Source: a virus. Taken from it: a stretch of DNA of 64,000 nucleotides. The stretch spans positions 38,046 through 102,045 of IMG/VR virus record IMGVR_UViG_3300043112_000063; one strand, given 5' to 3'. Under the pieces are notes generated by a model that was not told the DNA's origin, ran no database searches, and saw nothing but the letters and a program-made list of their open reading frames with translations. Positions 36,278-46,706 of this stretch are shown here, in pieces; position 1 is the first letter of the stretch; every line of letters starts with the position of its first letter. The translations under genes were made by a program, and so were the position numbers.

Positions 36278-36526
36278 ATGAAAAAAATAATTGTAAATAG
36301 ATTTAAAGTTGTTCATATACCGATACTGTTTTTATTTAAAATTAAAGATTTAAAAAAGGTGTATCGATTTAAAGCGACTCACTGGACTGATGGAAACACA
36401 ACTATAAAATATAAACATAAAGATAGTTTACATTGGTATGATTTGGGCTTTAACGGAAACTTATATAGTTATGAAGATTTAGAATATAATTTAAAGGAAT
36501 TGATTGGAGAAATAGATGAACGGTAA
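36278..36526 (+). CDS. Hypothetical protein
   Basis: SD GAGGAG before ATG 36278. Confidence 0.6.
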   Translation: MKKIIVNRFKVVHIPILFLFKIKDLKKVYRFKATHWTDGNTTIKYKHKDSLHWYDLGFNGNLYSYEDLEYNLKELIGEIDER

Positions 36527-37013
36527 ATACGTAACAGATAAGGAAAATAGAATTAATCTAATAAAAGAAACAAAAGAATGGTTAAGCGATGATGAATTAA
36601 CACCTTTACATAAATACGATACTGAAAATTGTAATTATATAATTAGTATTGACCTCATCAACAATATTCAATGGTTATTAGAAAAATATATTGAAGATTT
36701 CTCCAAACTCACACAAATCGAAAACTGTGATGATAGTGAGGTTATGGAGGCTTTGGAAAGAATGGGTAAAGTGGTAATTGGTAAAAATATTCTATTTAGT
36801 GATACTTTTGAATATGTAAACATCAAAACCTACATACTCAAATCACAACAACAAGAGAAAGAATTGAGTGAGTTGAAAAGTAAGGTTAGAGAATTGTTAA
36901 ATCAATTGGACAATTGGTATAAACCCTATGACTGTGGATACAATAAATGGGTAGATGGTATAAGTGATCTACAGTTTGATTTAGAAAAGTTAGTGGGTGA
37001 AGATGATGACTAA
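36516..37013 (+). CDS. Hypothetical modular protein (shares segments with 37217 ORF)
   Basis: EVMEALER, QQQEKELSELKSKVR, LVGEDDD. Confidence 0.7.
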   Translation: MNGKYVTDKENRINLIKETKEWLSDDELTPLHKYDTENCNYIISIDLINNIQWLLEKYIEDFSKLTQIENCDDSEVMEALERMGKVVIGKNILFSDTFEYVNIKTYILKSQQQEKELSELKSKVRELLNQLDNWYKPYDCGYNKWVDGISDLQFDLEKLVGEDDD

Positions 37014-37224
37014 GCAAACCGATGAAGCAATTAGATATTTAGAAAGCAATCCTAACATACAACAAGATAGATATTCAATGGAGGCATTACATTATATCAA
37101 GCAAGCCCTACAAGAGTTAGAAGAGTTGAGAAGAAGCAATAAAGAATTGAGAAAACAACTTGATGAAGCATACTCGAAAATGCCACACGCTAATGATTGT
37201 TTAGTAGGTGAAGAAGATGAATAA
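37006..37224 (+). CDS. Hypothetical protein
   Basis: Starts in conserved junction; ends LVGEEDE. Confidence 0.65.
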   Translation: MTKQTDEAIRYLESNPNIQQDRYSMEALHYIKQALQELEELRRSNKELRKQLDEAYSKMPHANDCLVGEEDE

Positions 37225-37639
37225 AGAATTAGAATATGTAATAAATTATATGACAAAAAGATACCCAAATAAAAGTTTTAATGAATTATATGAATATAGT
37301 TTAGATTTTTCAAAGGTGTATGATAAAGCCCTAACCCCACCAACTGAAAAGGAAGTTATGGAGGCGTTGAAAAGAGTCAAGGGATATTTAGAAGAAATAG
37401 GTATTTCAAGGTTTAACATTGATACCTTACAAGCCATTGATGATGATATAGATTTATTCGAACAAACACTACTCACAACACACAAACAACAGAGAGAGTT
37501 GAAAGAGTTAAAAAATAAAGTTAGAAGAATTATCAATTTATCTAAACTTAGTGAAGATGATTGGTTTAGCAAAGATGATAGAATGTTCAATGAATTAAAA
37601 TCTGAACTCAAACAATTAGTAGGTGAAGAGGATGAGTAA
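37217..37639 (+). CDS. Hypothetical modular protein
   Basis: PPTEKEVMEALKR, KQQRELKELKNKVR, LVGEEDE. Confidence 0.7.
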   Translation: MNKELEYVINYMTKRYPNKSFNELYEYSLDFSKVYDKALTPPTEKEVMEALKRVKGYLEEIGISRFNIDTLQAIDDDIDLFEQTLLTTHKQQRELKELKNKVRRIINLSKLSEDDWFSKDDRMFNELKSELKQLVGEEDE

Positions 37640-37937
37640 AGAAGAACGCAGAAAAGTATATAAAGAGGGTTATGAACAAGGTCGATTTGATGAACGTATG
37701 GACAGCATTGACAATAGACCACCAACTGAGCAAGAGGTGTGCGATAGTCTAAAAAACTATGGCAAAAAAACTAAAGAGTGGGATAAAGTTTGGTATAAAA
37801 ACGGGTTATTCTATGCTGATGAATGGACTTTATGTTATATGAATAAAAATGGTGGACTTGAATTGAGTAGTGATATAGACCCTAAAAGTCATATATTGTT
37901 AGGCCGATTTTATGAAGGGAAGGCAAATGATGAATAA
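37632..37937 (+). CDS. Hypothetical protein
   Basis: YKEGYEQGRFD, PPTEQEV. Confidence 0.65.
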   Translation: MSKEERRKVYKEGYEQGRFDERMDSIDNRPPTEQEVCDSLKNYGKKTKEWDKVWYKNGLFYADEWTLCYMNKNGGLELSSDIDPKSHILLGRFYEGKANDE

Positions 37938-38037
37938 ACAAGCAATGATAAGCATACACCCTGAACACGCATATAACATACTCATAGGCAAGAAAACGCT
38001 TGAGATACGCAAATCAATGCCTAAAGAGGTAAGGTGA
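37927..38037 (+). pseudogene. Truncated ASCH-domain fragment (36 aa)
   Basis: MISIHPEHAYNILIGKKTLEIRK matches the ASCH GxKxxExR start, then stops. Confidence 0.55.
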
Positions 38038-38243
38038 GAAAAAATGAAAACTTTAAGTAGAGAGTTTTTAGAAAAAAAAACGACCAACTTTAAGTATCAA
38101 AGATGTAAAACCAGAATTATCAAATATAGTAAAATTTGACTGGCAGAAACCCAAAAAATTCCATAGTAATAGCAATAATAATAATGAAAAATATGGGTAT
38201 GAAATAGTTGAAGTCGAATTAGTTATGAAAAGGGGTAAGGTAG

Positions 38244-38627
38244 ATGAGAGAGATTAAGTTTAGAGGTAAAAGAGTAGATAATGGTGAGTGGGTACAAGGG
38301 TATTATTATAGAATATGGGATAAACACTATATTCTATGGGGTATGACAAATGATAAACCTGATATGGTAGAAATCATCCCTGAAACACTGGGCCAAGACA
38401 CAGGACTTAAAGACAAGAGTGGTGTAGAGATTTATGAGGGGGATATAGTTAGCAGTAAAGGTGTAAAACTTGATGTGGTTGAATATTTAGATAGAGAGGC
38501 TAGTTATATTGTGGGTTGTGAACTATTACAAGCATTTGTATATGGCAGTGCTTATCCGTTAGATAATAAAAACGCTTATGTTGAACTCGAAGTCATAGGC
38601 AACATTCACGAGGAGGCTAAACAATGA
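38244..38627 (+). CDS. YopX family protein
   Basis: MREIKFRG, GQDTGLKDKSGVEIYEGDIV, EVIGNIHE. Confidence 0.92.
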   Translation: MREIKFRGKRVDNGEWVQGYYYRIWDKHYILWGMTNDKPDMVEIIPETLGQDTGLKDKSGVEIYEGDIVSSKGVKLDVVEYLDREASYIVGCELLQAFVYGSAYPLDNKNAYVELEVIGNIHEEAKQ

Positions 38628-38790
38628 AACGATATAAAAGAGGTATAGTGGTTTTTCCAAGTCAATACGGACGTTCAAGAGCTGAAATGAATCTTTATAA
38701 AAATGAAACGGGAGATGTTTTTATTAGTTGGGAAGGCGGATGGCAAAAATTAATATGTCGTCCACAATATGGAGAATGGGAGTTTTATTG

Positions 38791-39315
38791 ATGTTAAAAG
38801 GTAAAAAGATTATTATGTTAGTTGGAAAAGCTGGAGTCGGAAAGAATACTTGGGCTAACCAATACATAGAAGAACATCCAGAAGAAACTGTTCGTATTTA
38901 CAGTTTTGCTGGGCATATAAAAGCCTGCGCTAAAGAATACTTTGGTTGGGACACTAAGAAAGATGACAAGGGAAGACAGTTACTTATTGATTTAGGTAAT
39001 TACTTTAGGAAGTATAATGACACATTGTTGATTGATGTTGTTGTAAATAAGATTATTAATGATTGGTATTTAAACGTTGTTGATACATTTATTATAACAG
39101 ATTGTAGATTTGATAATGAAGTTGTTTACTTTAAAAAGAGAATTAATATTACACGTATGGACGTAGAAGTACGTCTACTTAAAAGAAGTTTTGAAACTAA
39201 GTTAACAGATGAACAGAAAAAAGACCCCACAGAACAAGGAATAAATAATAAATTAATTGATGTTATTGAGGATTTAGATACGGGAACTAAAGCATTTTTA
39301 GGAGGAAGATTTTAA
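38791..39315 (+). CDS. Deoxynucleoside monophosphate kinase-like P-loop protein
   Basis: GKAGVGKNT, SFAGHIK, RQLLIDLG, ITDCRFDNE. Confidence 0.8.
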   Translation: MLKGKKIIMLVGKAGVGKNTWANQYIEEHPEETVRIYSFAGHIKACAKEYFGWDTKKDDKGRQLLIDLGNYFRKYNDTLLIDVVVNKIINDWYLNVVDTFIITDCRFDNEVVYFKKRINITRMDVEVRLLKRSFETKLTDEQKKDPTEQGINNKLIDVIEDLDTGTKAFLGGRF

Positions 39316-39830
39316 TGGCAGTAGAGAACAGTACCGATAGATTACCAGATACAAAATTATTAAGAGTTATGACTAAGGACCAGTTATTAATTGTTTGGAG
39401 AGATATATTGTATGTACTTAACAATATGGATAAAACACCGTCTAAGGACGGACATAAGGAACAGTATGTAGCCTACGCTTTTATGGTTTACGCTTACCTT
39501 ATTAAAGAGGGAAGTAGTCCAAACAAAACCAACGTACACGTTGATTACAATCCAAACTTTTCTTACATTGCTAAGTTTGATACTTGGCTTAACACCGCAA
39601 AACTAAGAAATTATTTAATCAAACAACACATAGTAAATGATGGTAACTTTGAATTGGGTAGTAGATATGTAGAAAAGTTGTGGGAAAAAGAACAAGAAAA
39701 AGGCAATGTATTAAACGGAGAATATAGCAAACAGGAACTGCTTGATTTAATTAATAGTCAAGGAGTCGATAAAGAAATAGGTAAAAAAGTACTTTCACTT
39801 TTAATTAACGGACATTTAGAAGAAAAATAA
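39315..39830 (+). CDS. Hypothetical protein
   Basis: SD GGAGG; 171 aa. Confidence 0.7.
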   Translation: MAVENSTDRLPDTKLLRVMTKDQLLIVWRDILYVLNNMDKTPSKDGHKEQYVAYAFMVYAYLIKEGSSPNKTNVHVDYNPNFSYIAKFDTWLNTAKLRNYLIKQHIVNDGNFELGSRYVEKLWEKEQEKGNVLNGEYSKQELLDLINSQGVDKEIGKKVLSLLINGHLEEK

Positions 39831-39840
39831 AAACCCACAA

Positions 39841-39868
39841 AAAGTGAGATACGACTTCGCGCAATTAC
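39841..39868 (+). repeat. Dispersed 28-bp motif, copy 1 of 9
   Basis: AAAGTGAGATACGACTTCGCGCAATTAC; others at 45089, 45121, 50691, 50723, 60408, 60450, 61788, 61820. Confidence 0.85.
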
Positions 39869-39939
39869 AGGAGCCTTATGTACGTACACGTACAAACAAG
39901 AAGTAAATAGTTATTTAGTTTCATAAAGGAGACGATAGG

Positions 39940-40983
39940 ATGAAACATACAACTTTAGCGGTCAAGTATAGACCGAAAACTTTTGATGATGTTATTGGTC
40001 AACAATTTATTAAAGAAGTAATTGAAAATCAAATAAAACAGAACAAGATGGGTAAAGCCTATCTATATAGTGGACCTAGTGGAACAGGAAAAACAACTGT
40101 TGCAAGAATTGTTGCCGATAAGATTGACGCTGAAATACTTGAGGTTGATGCTGCAAGTAATAACGGTGTTGAAAACATTAGAAAGATTACCGAGAATGTA
40201 AAATATAAACCACTGACAAAATCATACAAGGTTTATATTATTGACGAGTGTCATATGTTAAGTAAGGGCGCTTGGAATGCGTTGTTAAAGACATTAGAAG
40301 AACCACCAGCACACGCAATATTTATTCTTTGTACAACCGAACCGCATAAAGTGATACCTACAATTATAAGTAGGACACAAAGATTTAATTTTACGAGACC
40401 TACTACACAAGAAATAACAGATAATTTAGTTCGTATTATTGAGAGCGAGAAATTAGATGTTGATTACGACGTACTTAGATACATTGCTAAACTTGCTGAT
40501 GGTGGTGTTAGATTAAGTATTACAATGTTAGAAAGTTGCTTAAACGCAGAACAGGAATTAACCGTTCCAAATGTCGAAAACATTTTAGGTTATCTTCCTA
40601 CTCAGTACTTTGTAGATATATTAAAGGCTGTATCACTAAAAGATAGAGATAAGATTATTAGTTTGATTGAGGAGTATTATAGGGCAGGTACTGACTTTGA
40701 AAGGTTTATTGAGAACTTGGTTATGTTTACTCTCGATTTACAAAAATATTATGTTACAAGAAATATGGATTACTTGAGAACAAGTAGTTTGTACGAAGAT
40801 GATATTAAAATGATTCTTAACCATATGGGAATTTTAGTTGATAAAGATTTTAAACGACTTGATAAACTAATTAAAAGATACACACACGATGTGAAAACGC
40901 TTTATTACGATAGTCAAAAGTTAGAACCTAAAAGATACTTACTTGAATTAACCTTGTTACAAATGACGCAAATAAACGTTTAA
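39940..40983 (+). CDS. dnaX: DNA polymerase III gamma/tau clamp loader ATPase
   Basis: KYRPKTFDDVIGQ, GPSGTGKTT, DAASNNGVE, IIDECHML, NALLKTLEEPP, SRTQ. Confidence 0.95.
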   Translation: MKHTTLAVKYRPKTFDDVIGQQFIKEVIENQIKQNKMGKAYLYSGPSGTGKTTVARIVADKIDAEILEVDAASNNGVENIRKITENVKYKPLTKSYKVYIIDECHMLSKGAWNALLKTLEEPPAHAIFILCTTEPHKVIPTIISRTQRFNFTRPTTQEITDNLVRIIESEKLDVDYDVLRYIAKLADGGVRLSITMLESCLNAEQELTVPNVENILGYLPTQYFVDILKAVSLKDRDKIISLIEEYYRAGTDFERFIENLVMFTLDLQKYYVTRNMDYLRTSSLYEDDIKMILNHMGILVDKDFKRLDKLIKRYTHDVKTLYYDSQKLEPKRYLLELTLLQMTQINV

Positions 40984-41006
40984 GTAAACCACAAGTTCAT
41001 AAAAAT

Positions 41007-41042
41007 AAACCGTTACAATTTAGCCTGTAACGGTTTTCTTTA
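41007..41042. terminator. Hairpin at the convergence of the two gene blocks
   Basis: AAACCGTTACA/TGTAACGGTTT with A- and T-rich flanks. Confidence 0.7.
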
Positions 41043-41287
41043 TATAGTTGTATGTATTACATAGGGGAGTGTGTTGAATACGTGTACAAAAAGAACCACA
41101 TAGTTTACACGTTTGAATTACGTGGTAAATTGTTTTACATTAGCTCTGTAAACGTTTTCACCGTGTAGGTGTAGTAACAATACTTATAACCCAAGTCTTC
41201 ACGTTGTAACGCGCAAATACACAGGCTAAAAATTGATTTAGCGTACCTATATAGGCTCAATAGTATTTTAACACAAAAAAAAAGACA

Positions 41288-41512
41288 TCATTTAGATGTC
41301 TTGTTTTCTTTTCTTAATTTATACAAGTAGTAAGCATGAATAAAAATTAACAAAGCATTCATAAAGTAAACGCTAAATGCTCCAATGCAAGCCCCGTAAA
41401 CAACGAATGTAACAGCGCCAAAAATGTTAATCAATCTTATGTGTTTTTCTCCACGCATTAAGAAAGAAATTAATACAAATGCTGTAGCAAGTATTCCTAT
41501 AAGTTCAACCAA
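41288..41512 (-). CDS. Small membrane protein (YgjV-like)
   Basis: Three hydrophobic segments, IRLINIFGA...FVVYG. Confidence 0.65.
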   Translation of the reverse strand: MVELIGILATAFVLISFLMRGEKHIRLINIFGAVTFVVYGACIGAFSVYFMNALLIFIHAYYLYKLRKENKTSK

Positions 41513-41515
41513 ATA

Positions 41516-42715
41516 TTATTCCACCATCTCATCTAAGTATTTATCTACAATGTAACTGAAGTACAAGGTATGTAAAGAAGAACAGTCTTCAATAATATCT
41601 TTAATCTCTCCAATTTCTTCGTCGTTAAACTTGTGTCTTTTCTCAATAAAGAAGTTAACAACACGTTCCCAATCACTGCCTTCGAAGTAATCCTCCGCAG
41701 TTTCTTCTTTTGATAATTCTCGTACACGTTGTTGTATCTCTTTGTACTCGTCTTCTTTATCTAAACCTGAGTTAACTAATGCTGCAACGGCCTTACTTTC
41801 AACAACGTAAGACTTTTCTTTCTTAGCAATAGTTACTTCTTTTTCTGTACCAACAAAAGTATCTTCATCTAATTCGTGTCTTTTAATAAAGTCGTTAGCA
41901 AAATTAGTTTTGAACTCTTTTGTTATATCATCTAGGTTGTCTATAATATCTCTAACATCAACTGCATTTTTACTCATTGCCGTAGTTACGATTTCAATAT
42001 TCATTTGAGAAGTAATTGCTTTAGAAGTCAACTCTCTTAGTTTATAATAGTTAATTGCTTTACGGTCTCTATCTAAATGTAAGTACTCTGGCTTAAAGTC
42101 GTAACCATAACGAAACGAACTGTCTGTTTGTACATATAGACCGTTAACAAACATCATACCTTTATATTGTTTATCAAGTAAAATATTTCCATATTCACTC
42201 TCAACCGTTAGACCTTCGTTGTATCCAAGAGAACGTTTCATTGCTAAATTGCGGTCTCTAATTTCTTCGAATGTATCTACGTCTAAACCACTTATTTCAA
42301 ATTGAATTACGTCCTCTGAAACATTATCATCTTTACTTACATAAATATGTAGTGTATCAATTTTAAACTTTCTACTCTTTTTAAATTCTGGTTCCCATCT
42401 TTCTCCATTTGTTGAAATGGTAACACCAAGACCGTTTCTAAGTAATACGACTAAGGCTAACTTAAATCCTTCACCATAAGTACCAATATATTTCTTATCG
42501 CCCTTGCCTGTGTTTCCTAAAACAAGAGAACTGATATCTAGTTTACAACCATAGTTTCTTATTGATAATAAACCATCTTCATAAGTTACTTGTAACGGAT
42601 TTCCATCTGTTTCACTGTCAATTGCGTTCTGCATAATTTCTCTAATTGCTTCCTCTATTCCCCAAGTGTGAACGTACTCTTTTGAAATAGGTAATTCATA
42701 CATCTTTTTGTTCAT
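41516..42715 (-). CDS. GHKL (HATPase_c) domain protein
   Basis: EAIREIMQNAID, RNYG, IGTYGEGFKLA. Confidence 0.8.
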   Translation of the reverse strand: MNKKMYELPISKEYVHTWGIEEAIREIMQNAIDSETDGNPLQVTYEDGLLSIRNYGCKLDISSLVLGNTGKGDKKYIGTYGEGFKLALVVLLRNGLGVTISTNGERWEPEFKKSRKFKIDTLHIYVSKDDNVSEDVIQFEISGLDVDTFEEIRDRNLAMKRSLGYNEGLTVESEYGNILLDKQYKGMMFVNGLYVQTDSSFRYGYDFKPEYLHLDRDRKAINYYKLRELTSKAITSQMNIEIVTTAMSKNAVDVRDIIDNLDDITKEFKTNFANDFIKRHELDEDTFVGTEKEVTIAKKEKSYVVESKAVAALVNSGLDKEDEYKEIQQRVRELSKEETAEDYFEGSDWERVVNFFIEKRHKFNDEEIGEIKDIIEDCSSLHTLYFSYIVDKYLDEMVE

Positions 42716-42744
42716 CTATATTTTCTCCCTTCAATTTTTACTAT

Positions 42745-44164
42745 TTATTTGCGCCAAGGCAAGTTAATACCCAGTTTGTCTATTATGTAAAAAGCCCCAA
42801 ATATGGACCCGGACAGCGCCGTCCAAAAGAGCAACGATACACCAATAGCCCTTACTAACGTAAGTTCGGCGTCGATGTGCGCAAGATATCCTGGCAAAAG
42901 AAACAGTATCCAAGATATCACTATTAAAATTAACCAAGTTAACACTAATTTCATAATATTACCCCTATTCTTTAGGCATTGTATAACTCGAACATTTGCG
43001 GTAAATGTATTCAATTCTTTCTGGTGGATAATATTCATACATTGTAACATCATAATCGTCACAAGCTTTTTGCAATTCATCTAGAACTTCTAAAGCTCTT
43101 TCTTTTGTTTCGTATTCTCCAAGTTTACAAGTTTTGTTATTCCAAATAGGATACCTAATAGTGTTTTGACCTCCGACAATTTTTCTATCAGTAATACTAA
43201 TATCGCCAATCAAAACTAACTTACTACCATCTTGCGTTCTAACTCTCATCTTAATATACTCCAATCCTTTTAATTTTTATTTATCATAGAGTGTAATGTA
43301 TCAATAACCACAACGACTCCAGACAAAACAATTAGTATTGATGTCCACAAAACCATAGACGCAAAAACAACCTCAAAGACATTAACATCTTGGTTCCATA
43401 AGTAAATAACTCCGGGCATTAGAAATAATACCGCAGTAACAATAATTGCGAACATCCAAGTCATTATATTTATAATTTTATTCTTATTCATTTTATCTCC
43501 CTATACATCATTTAGTTTGTCAATACGAAGTTTCATACCAACAAATCTTTTATATTCTTTCATTCCAATTATTACTTTCTTAATACTCCAACTATCAGTA
43601 GTTTCAACACTACCAACTTGCCAAACTTCTTTTTTATGTAAACGCTTGTTATTCATAGTGGCTCCAAGATAAAAGATGTAACCTCCGTCTTTGGAATCTA
43701 ACATATACGTATCGGCGTCTGCTTGACTAAGTAAGTATCGCATATAAACTATTGACGGTGTCGCTAAAGCCTTACCACTGTTAGTTAAGTTATTAGAAAA
43801 AGCCATTAGTTGATGGTCAGGCATATTATGAAGACACCTTTTAAATCTACTTTTGGAAGGGTAGACACTTAGTATGATATCCATAAAACGCTTACGTTCT
43901 CTTTCTTTTAAACGAATACCTATTCCTGTATCTTCATAAGTTTTCACTAAAACATCAACTCCTTAGTTCTGCTTTAATTAACAATATCATAATTATCATT
44001 ATAATAGTAAATCCCAATGTTGTTCCTATAATAAGAGGAAGTAAAACAAAACCCCATCTCCAACTAATTATTTCAAATACTTTTAACGCGACAAATAAAA
44101 TAGACATCCAAATAGGTGCAGATACTATTGTATTGATAATACGTTTGATATTTTTATTACTCAT
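42745..44164 (-). other. Run of five small hypothetical genes, three membrane-type (42745-42954, 42965-43264, 43270-43491, 43501-43947, 43955-44164)
   Basis: Tightly packed ORFs with SD sites; hydrophobic segments. Confidence 0.65.
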
Positions 44165-45065
44165 CTTTATCTCCTTTAGCCAACGCCTCATAGGCTTCCT
44201 GATAAGTTTTTCTAAGAAGTATATCATTAACAATAAGTGTTAGCCTATTTTTTAAGTCTACGTTTGGAACATAATTGTCGTGTTTCTTTTTAATCCAAGT
44301 TAATTCTTCTTCCCAAAAAGCGATAAGTGTTTCCACGCTTTCTTCATCACTCATAAGACGTATGTCTATGTCTGATATATTATATAAAGATAATAAATTC
44401 TTAACAGTCTCAAAAATATTTTCTCCAGTTTTTAAAGACATTAATTCTTTTCGTCTAGGTAGTATTGGAGTAAGTGCTTCTTTAAAAGTTCTACCGTTCT
44501 CAAATATTGCGTCCGCAAATAAAAGTAATCTATACATATGATGAAGTTCCTTAGGGTCAAAACCATATTTATTGTGCCACTCTTTACGTGAAGGATAAAC
44601 GTGTTTAAAGGCTTTCTTTTTATTATTAAACGTTCCAACTATTGCATTTACTAATGCTGTCTTATTCATTAAACTTATTTCATCTTTATGTTCAACAAAA
44701 TATTTAATGTCATTGGTATAAATACAGTAATCAGTGTTAATAAGTTCAACGTAAGAAGGATTGCCTCCCATAAGTAAATCAACAACAAGTCGTATATCTT
44801 TTAAGTCAATATGCTCGTCGTTATCCAATACTAAAGTTGTACTCACTGGTTTCTTTCCAAAAATTAAATCTTCTAAACTAGGTACAATCCAAGCCTTACA
44901 ATCAATATCACTCTTGTATTCTTTTGTGTACGTATCTAGTTCGTAGTTTTGACTTCCTTGTAAAAAGATTCCTGCTACATCATAACCTTTATCTTTTAAA
45001 TACTGTAATTTTTCCTTAATGTTTTTCATGATAAATTGTTTTTTATTTGATTTACTTGTATTCAT
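44157..45065 (-). CDS. Pol-beta superfamily nucleotidyltransferase
   Basis: LQGSQNY...SDID, NPSYVE, DPKELHHMYRL. Confidence 0.85.
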   Translation of the reverse strand: MNTSKSNKKQFIMKNIKEKLQYLKDKGYDVAGIFLQGSQNYELDTYTKEYKSDIDCKAWIVPSLEDLIFGKKPVSTTLVLDNDEHIDLKDIRLVVDLLMGGNPSYVELINTDYCIYTNDIKYFVEHKDEISLMNKTALVNAIVGTFNNKKKAFKHVYPSRKEWHNKYGFDPKELHHMYRLLLFADAIFENGRTFKEALTPILPRRKELMSLKTGENIFETVKNLLSLYNISDIDIRLMSDEESVETLIAFWEEELTWIKKKHDNYVPNVDLKNRLTLIVNDILLRKTYQEAYEALAKGDKDE

Positions 45066-45155
45066 TTTTCCTCCTATGTATTCTATAAAAAGTGAATTAT
45101 TACTTTGCGTAATAACGCTAAAAACGGATTACGACTTCGCGCAATGTTACTCTCA

Positions 45156-45455
45156 TTAACTACGAACATCTGTATCATTTCCGCTAAACATCGTATAGAA
45201 TATAAAGTAAACAAGAAATGTTGACCAATATGTTAATTGAAAATCAACACCATAATGTTCGAACCAAGTGTTAATCATTAGCATTCCAATAAAACTAATA
45301 AAGAACGGATAGCCGAACGATAAAATTAAGATTGGAACGGCGTCTATATACGTCGCGTCTTGTTTCTTTAGTACCTGAACTGTCATACCTTTCACAATAC
45401 CTTTATAAACAATAATTGATAAGATTAATAAAATAATCATTAAAATTGGATTCAT
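45156..45455 (-). CDS. Small membrane protein
   Basis: Three hydrophobic segments. Confidence 0.65.
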   Translation of the reverse strand: MNPILMIILLILSIIVYKGIVKGMTVQVLKKQDATYIDAVPILILSFGYPFFISFIGMLMINTWFEHYGVDFQLTYWSTFLVYFIFYTMFSGNDTDVRS

Positions 45456-45970
45456 TAGTAAGTCCCCCTTATGACTTTTTGAATAGTGTCTTTACTGACA
45501 CCGTATAGTTTTGCTAACATACGATACGATGGTTTACGACCAAACAATCCTGCTTCGTGTTCTCGTATCCACCTAATTGCTCGTTGTTGTATCTCTGTCA
45601 AATATTTTGTGTGTGTAGCACGTTCTGTTACGTATAGGTTAATAGGTCTAAAGTCCATCACCTTTCCATTCCTATGTCTAATAACTTGATTTGGGTCATC
45701 AATATCGAAGAACGGATAGTAAGCAGCAGCTACAACTCGTGAATAGTTATAAAACTTTTGTGGTAATCTAACTTGTACTTGAATGAGTTTAGAACCATCG
45801 ACAAGTGTTTTCTCTCTAATCAATTTCTTAAGTGGTCTCTCTGTTGACTCATTGAGTATAGTACCATCTTTCATAACCATATATCTACGAGTTTTGTCTT
45901 CTCCACCGTACTTATATTTGTGAGTAAATATTTTGTAATCTTGGTAGTATTTCATTTTGTTAAAATGCAT
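45455..45970 (-). CDS. HNH-like (degenerate) domain with C-terminal HTH
   Basis: SRVVAAAY, VIRHRNGKVMDFRPINL, LAKLYGVSKDTIQKVI. Confidence 0.6.
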   Translation of the reverse strand: MHFNKMKYYQDYKIFTHKYKYGGEDKTRRYMVMKDGTILNESTERPLKKLIREKTLVDGSKLIQVQVRLPQKFYNYSRVVAAAYYPFFDIDDPNQVIRHRNGKVMDFRPINLYVTERATHTKYLTEIQQRAIRWIREHEAGLFGRKPSYRMLAKLYGVSKDTIQKVIRGTY

Positions 45971-46166
45971 TATTTTCCTCCTTTTCTTAATTTTGTAATA
46001 TGTGTTCACTCTTAATACCTATATATAGACAATGTTACATATCACAAACACATATATTATTATAACATATATAACACTAAATGTAAAGAGTAAAGTGTTA
46101 AAATCTCGTTGTGTGTTGTTTTCATTACACTTTGTTAGTATAACCCAGGCTTTTAACTCTTCACGT

Positions 46167-46706
46167 TTATAACACGGTTTTTATAGTTGGTTCTAAATAC
46201 AATTCGTGGTAATAAATGTTCATTAATGTAGTTGGATGCCAAACCGTGTAACCTCTTTTTTCAACTTCATAAAGTGTTTCGTGTGTATCATCAATCAATA
46301 TAATATCTTTTTTGTTAAGTTTCTCTTTCCATATAACCTTATGGTCTTCTTGTAGTAAAGGAAATAACTCGTCAATATAATTTGCTTTATGTTTAGCAGA
46401 CGCTACAAAGTGAACATTGTTTTTTAGAATAAACGGAACATTTTTTTGTAGCCAAATTCTTTTTTCTTTTTCTATTTGTGGTGTATAAGCAACACTAAGA
46501 ACGTGAAACTCTGCCTTGTTGTATTTTCTAAACTCGTTAAGTGCTTTAATTATGTAGTCAACTGGTTGTCTATTGAGAAAAGCTCCGACACTTTTAAGTT
46601 CTCTATCAGTCATAAATACCTTATCGTTGTACCTATACTCAACTAATACTCCGTCCATATCAAGGATAAAATAATAAACATTTTCTTTGTTTTGTTTACT
46701 CATCAT
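46167..46706 (-). CDS. HAD-family 5'(3')-nucleotidase-like phosphatase
   Basis: LDMDGVL, EKRIWL, LIDD. Confidence 0.8.
   Translation of the reverse strand: MMSKQNKENVYYFILDMDGVLVEYRYNDKVFMTDRELKSVGAFLNRQPVDYIIKALNEFRKYNKAEFHVLSVAYTPQIEKEKRIWLQKNVPFILKNNVHFVASAKHKANYIDELFPLLQEDHKVIWKEKLNKKDIILIDDTHETLYEVEKRGYTVWHPTTLMNIYYHELYLEPTIKTVL

Noticed and set aside
6252-38087. Numerous 60-160-aa antisense ORFs inside long + strand genes (and + strand ORFs inside 41.5-61.6 kb genes)
   Set aside because: Shadow frames of well-supported genes with no SD or motifs
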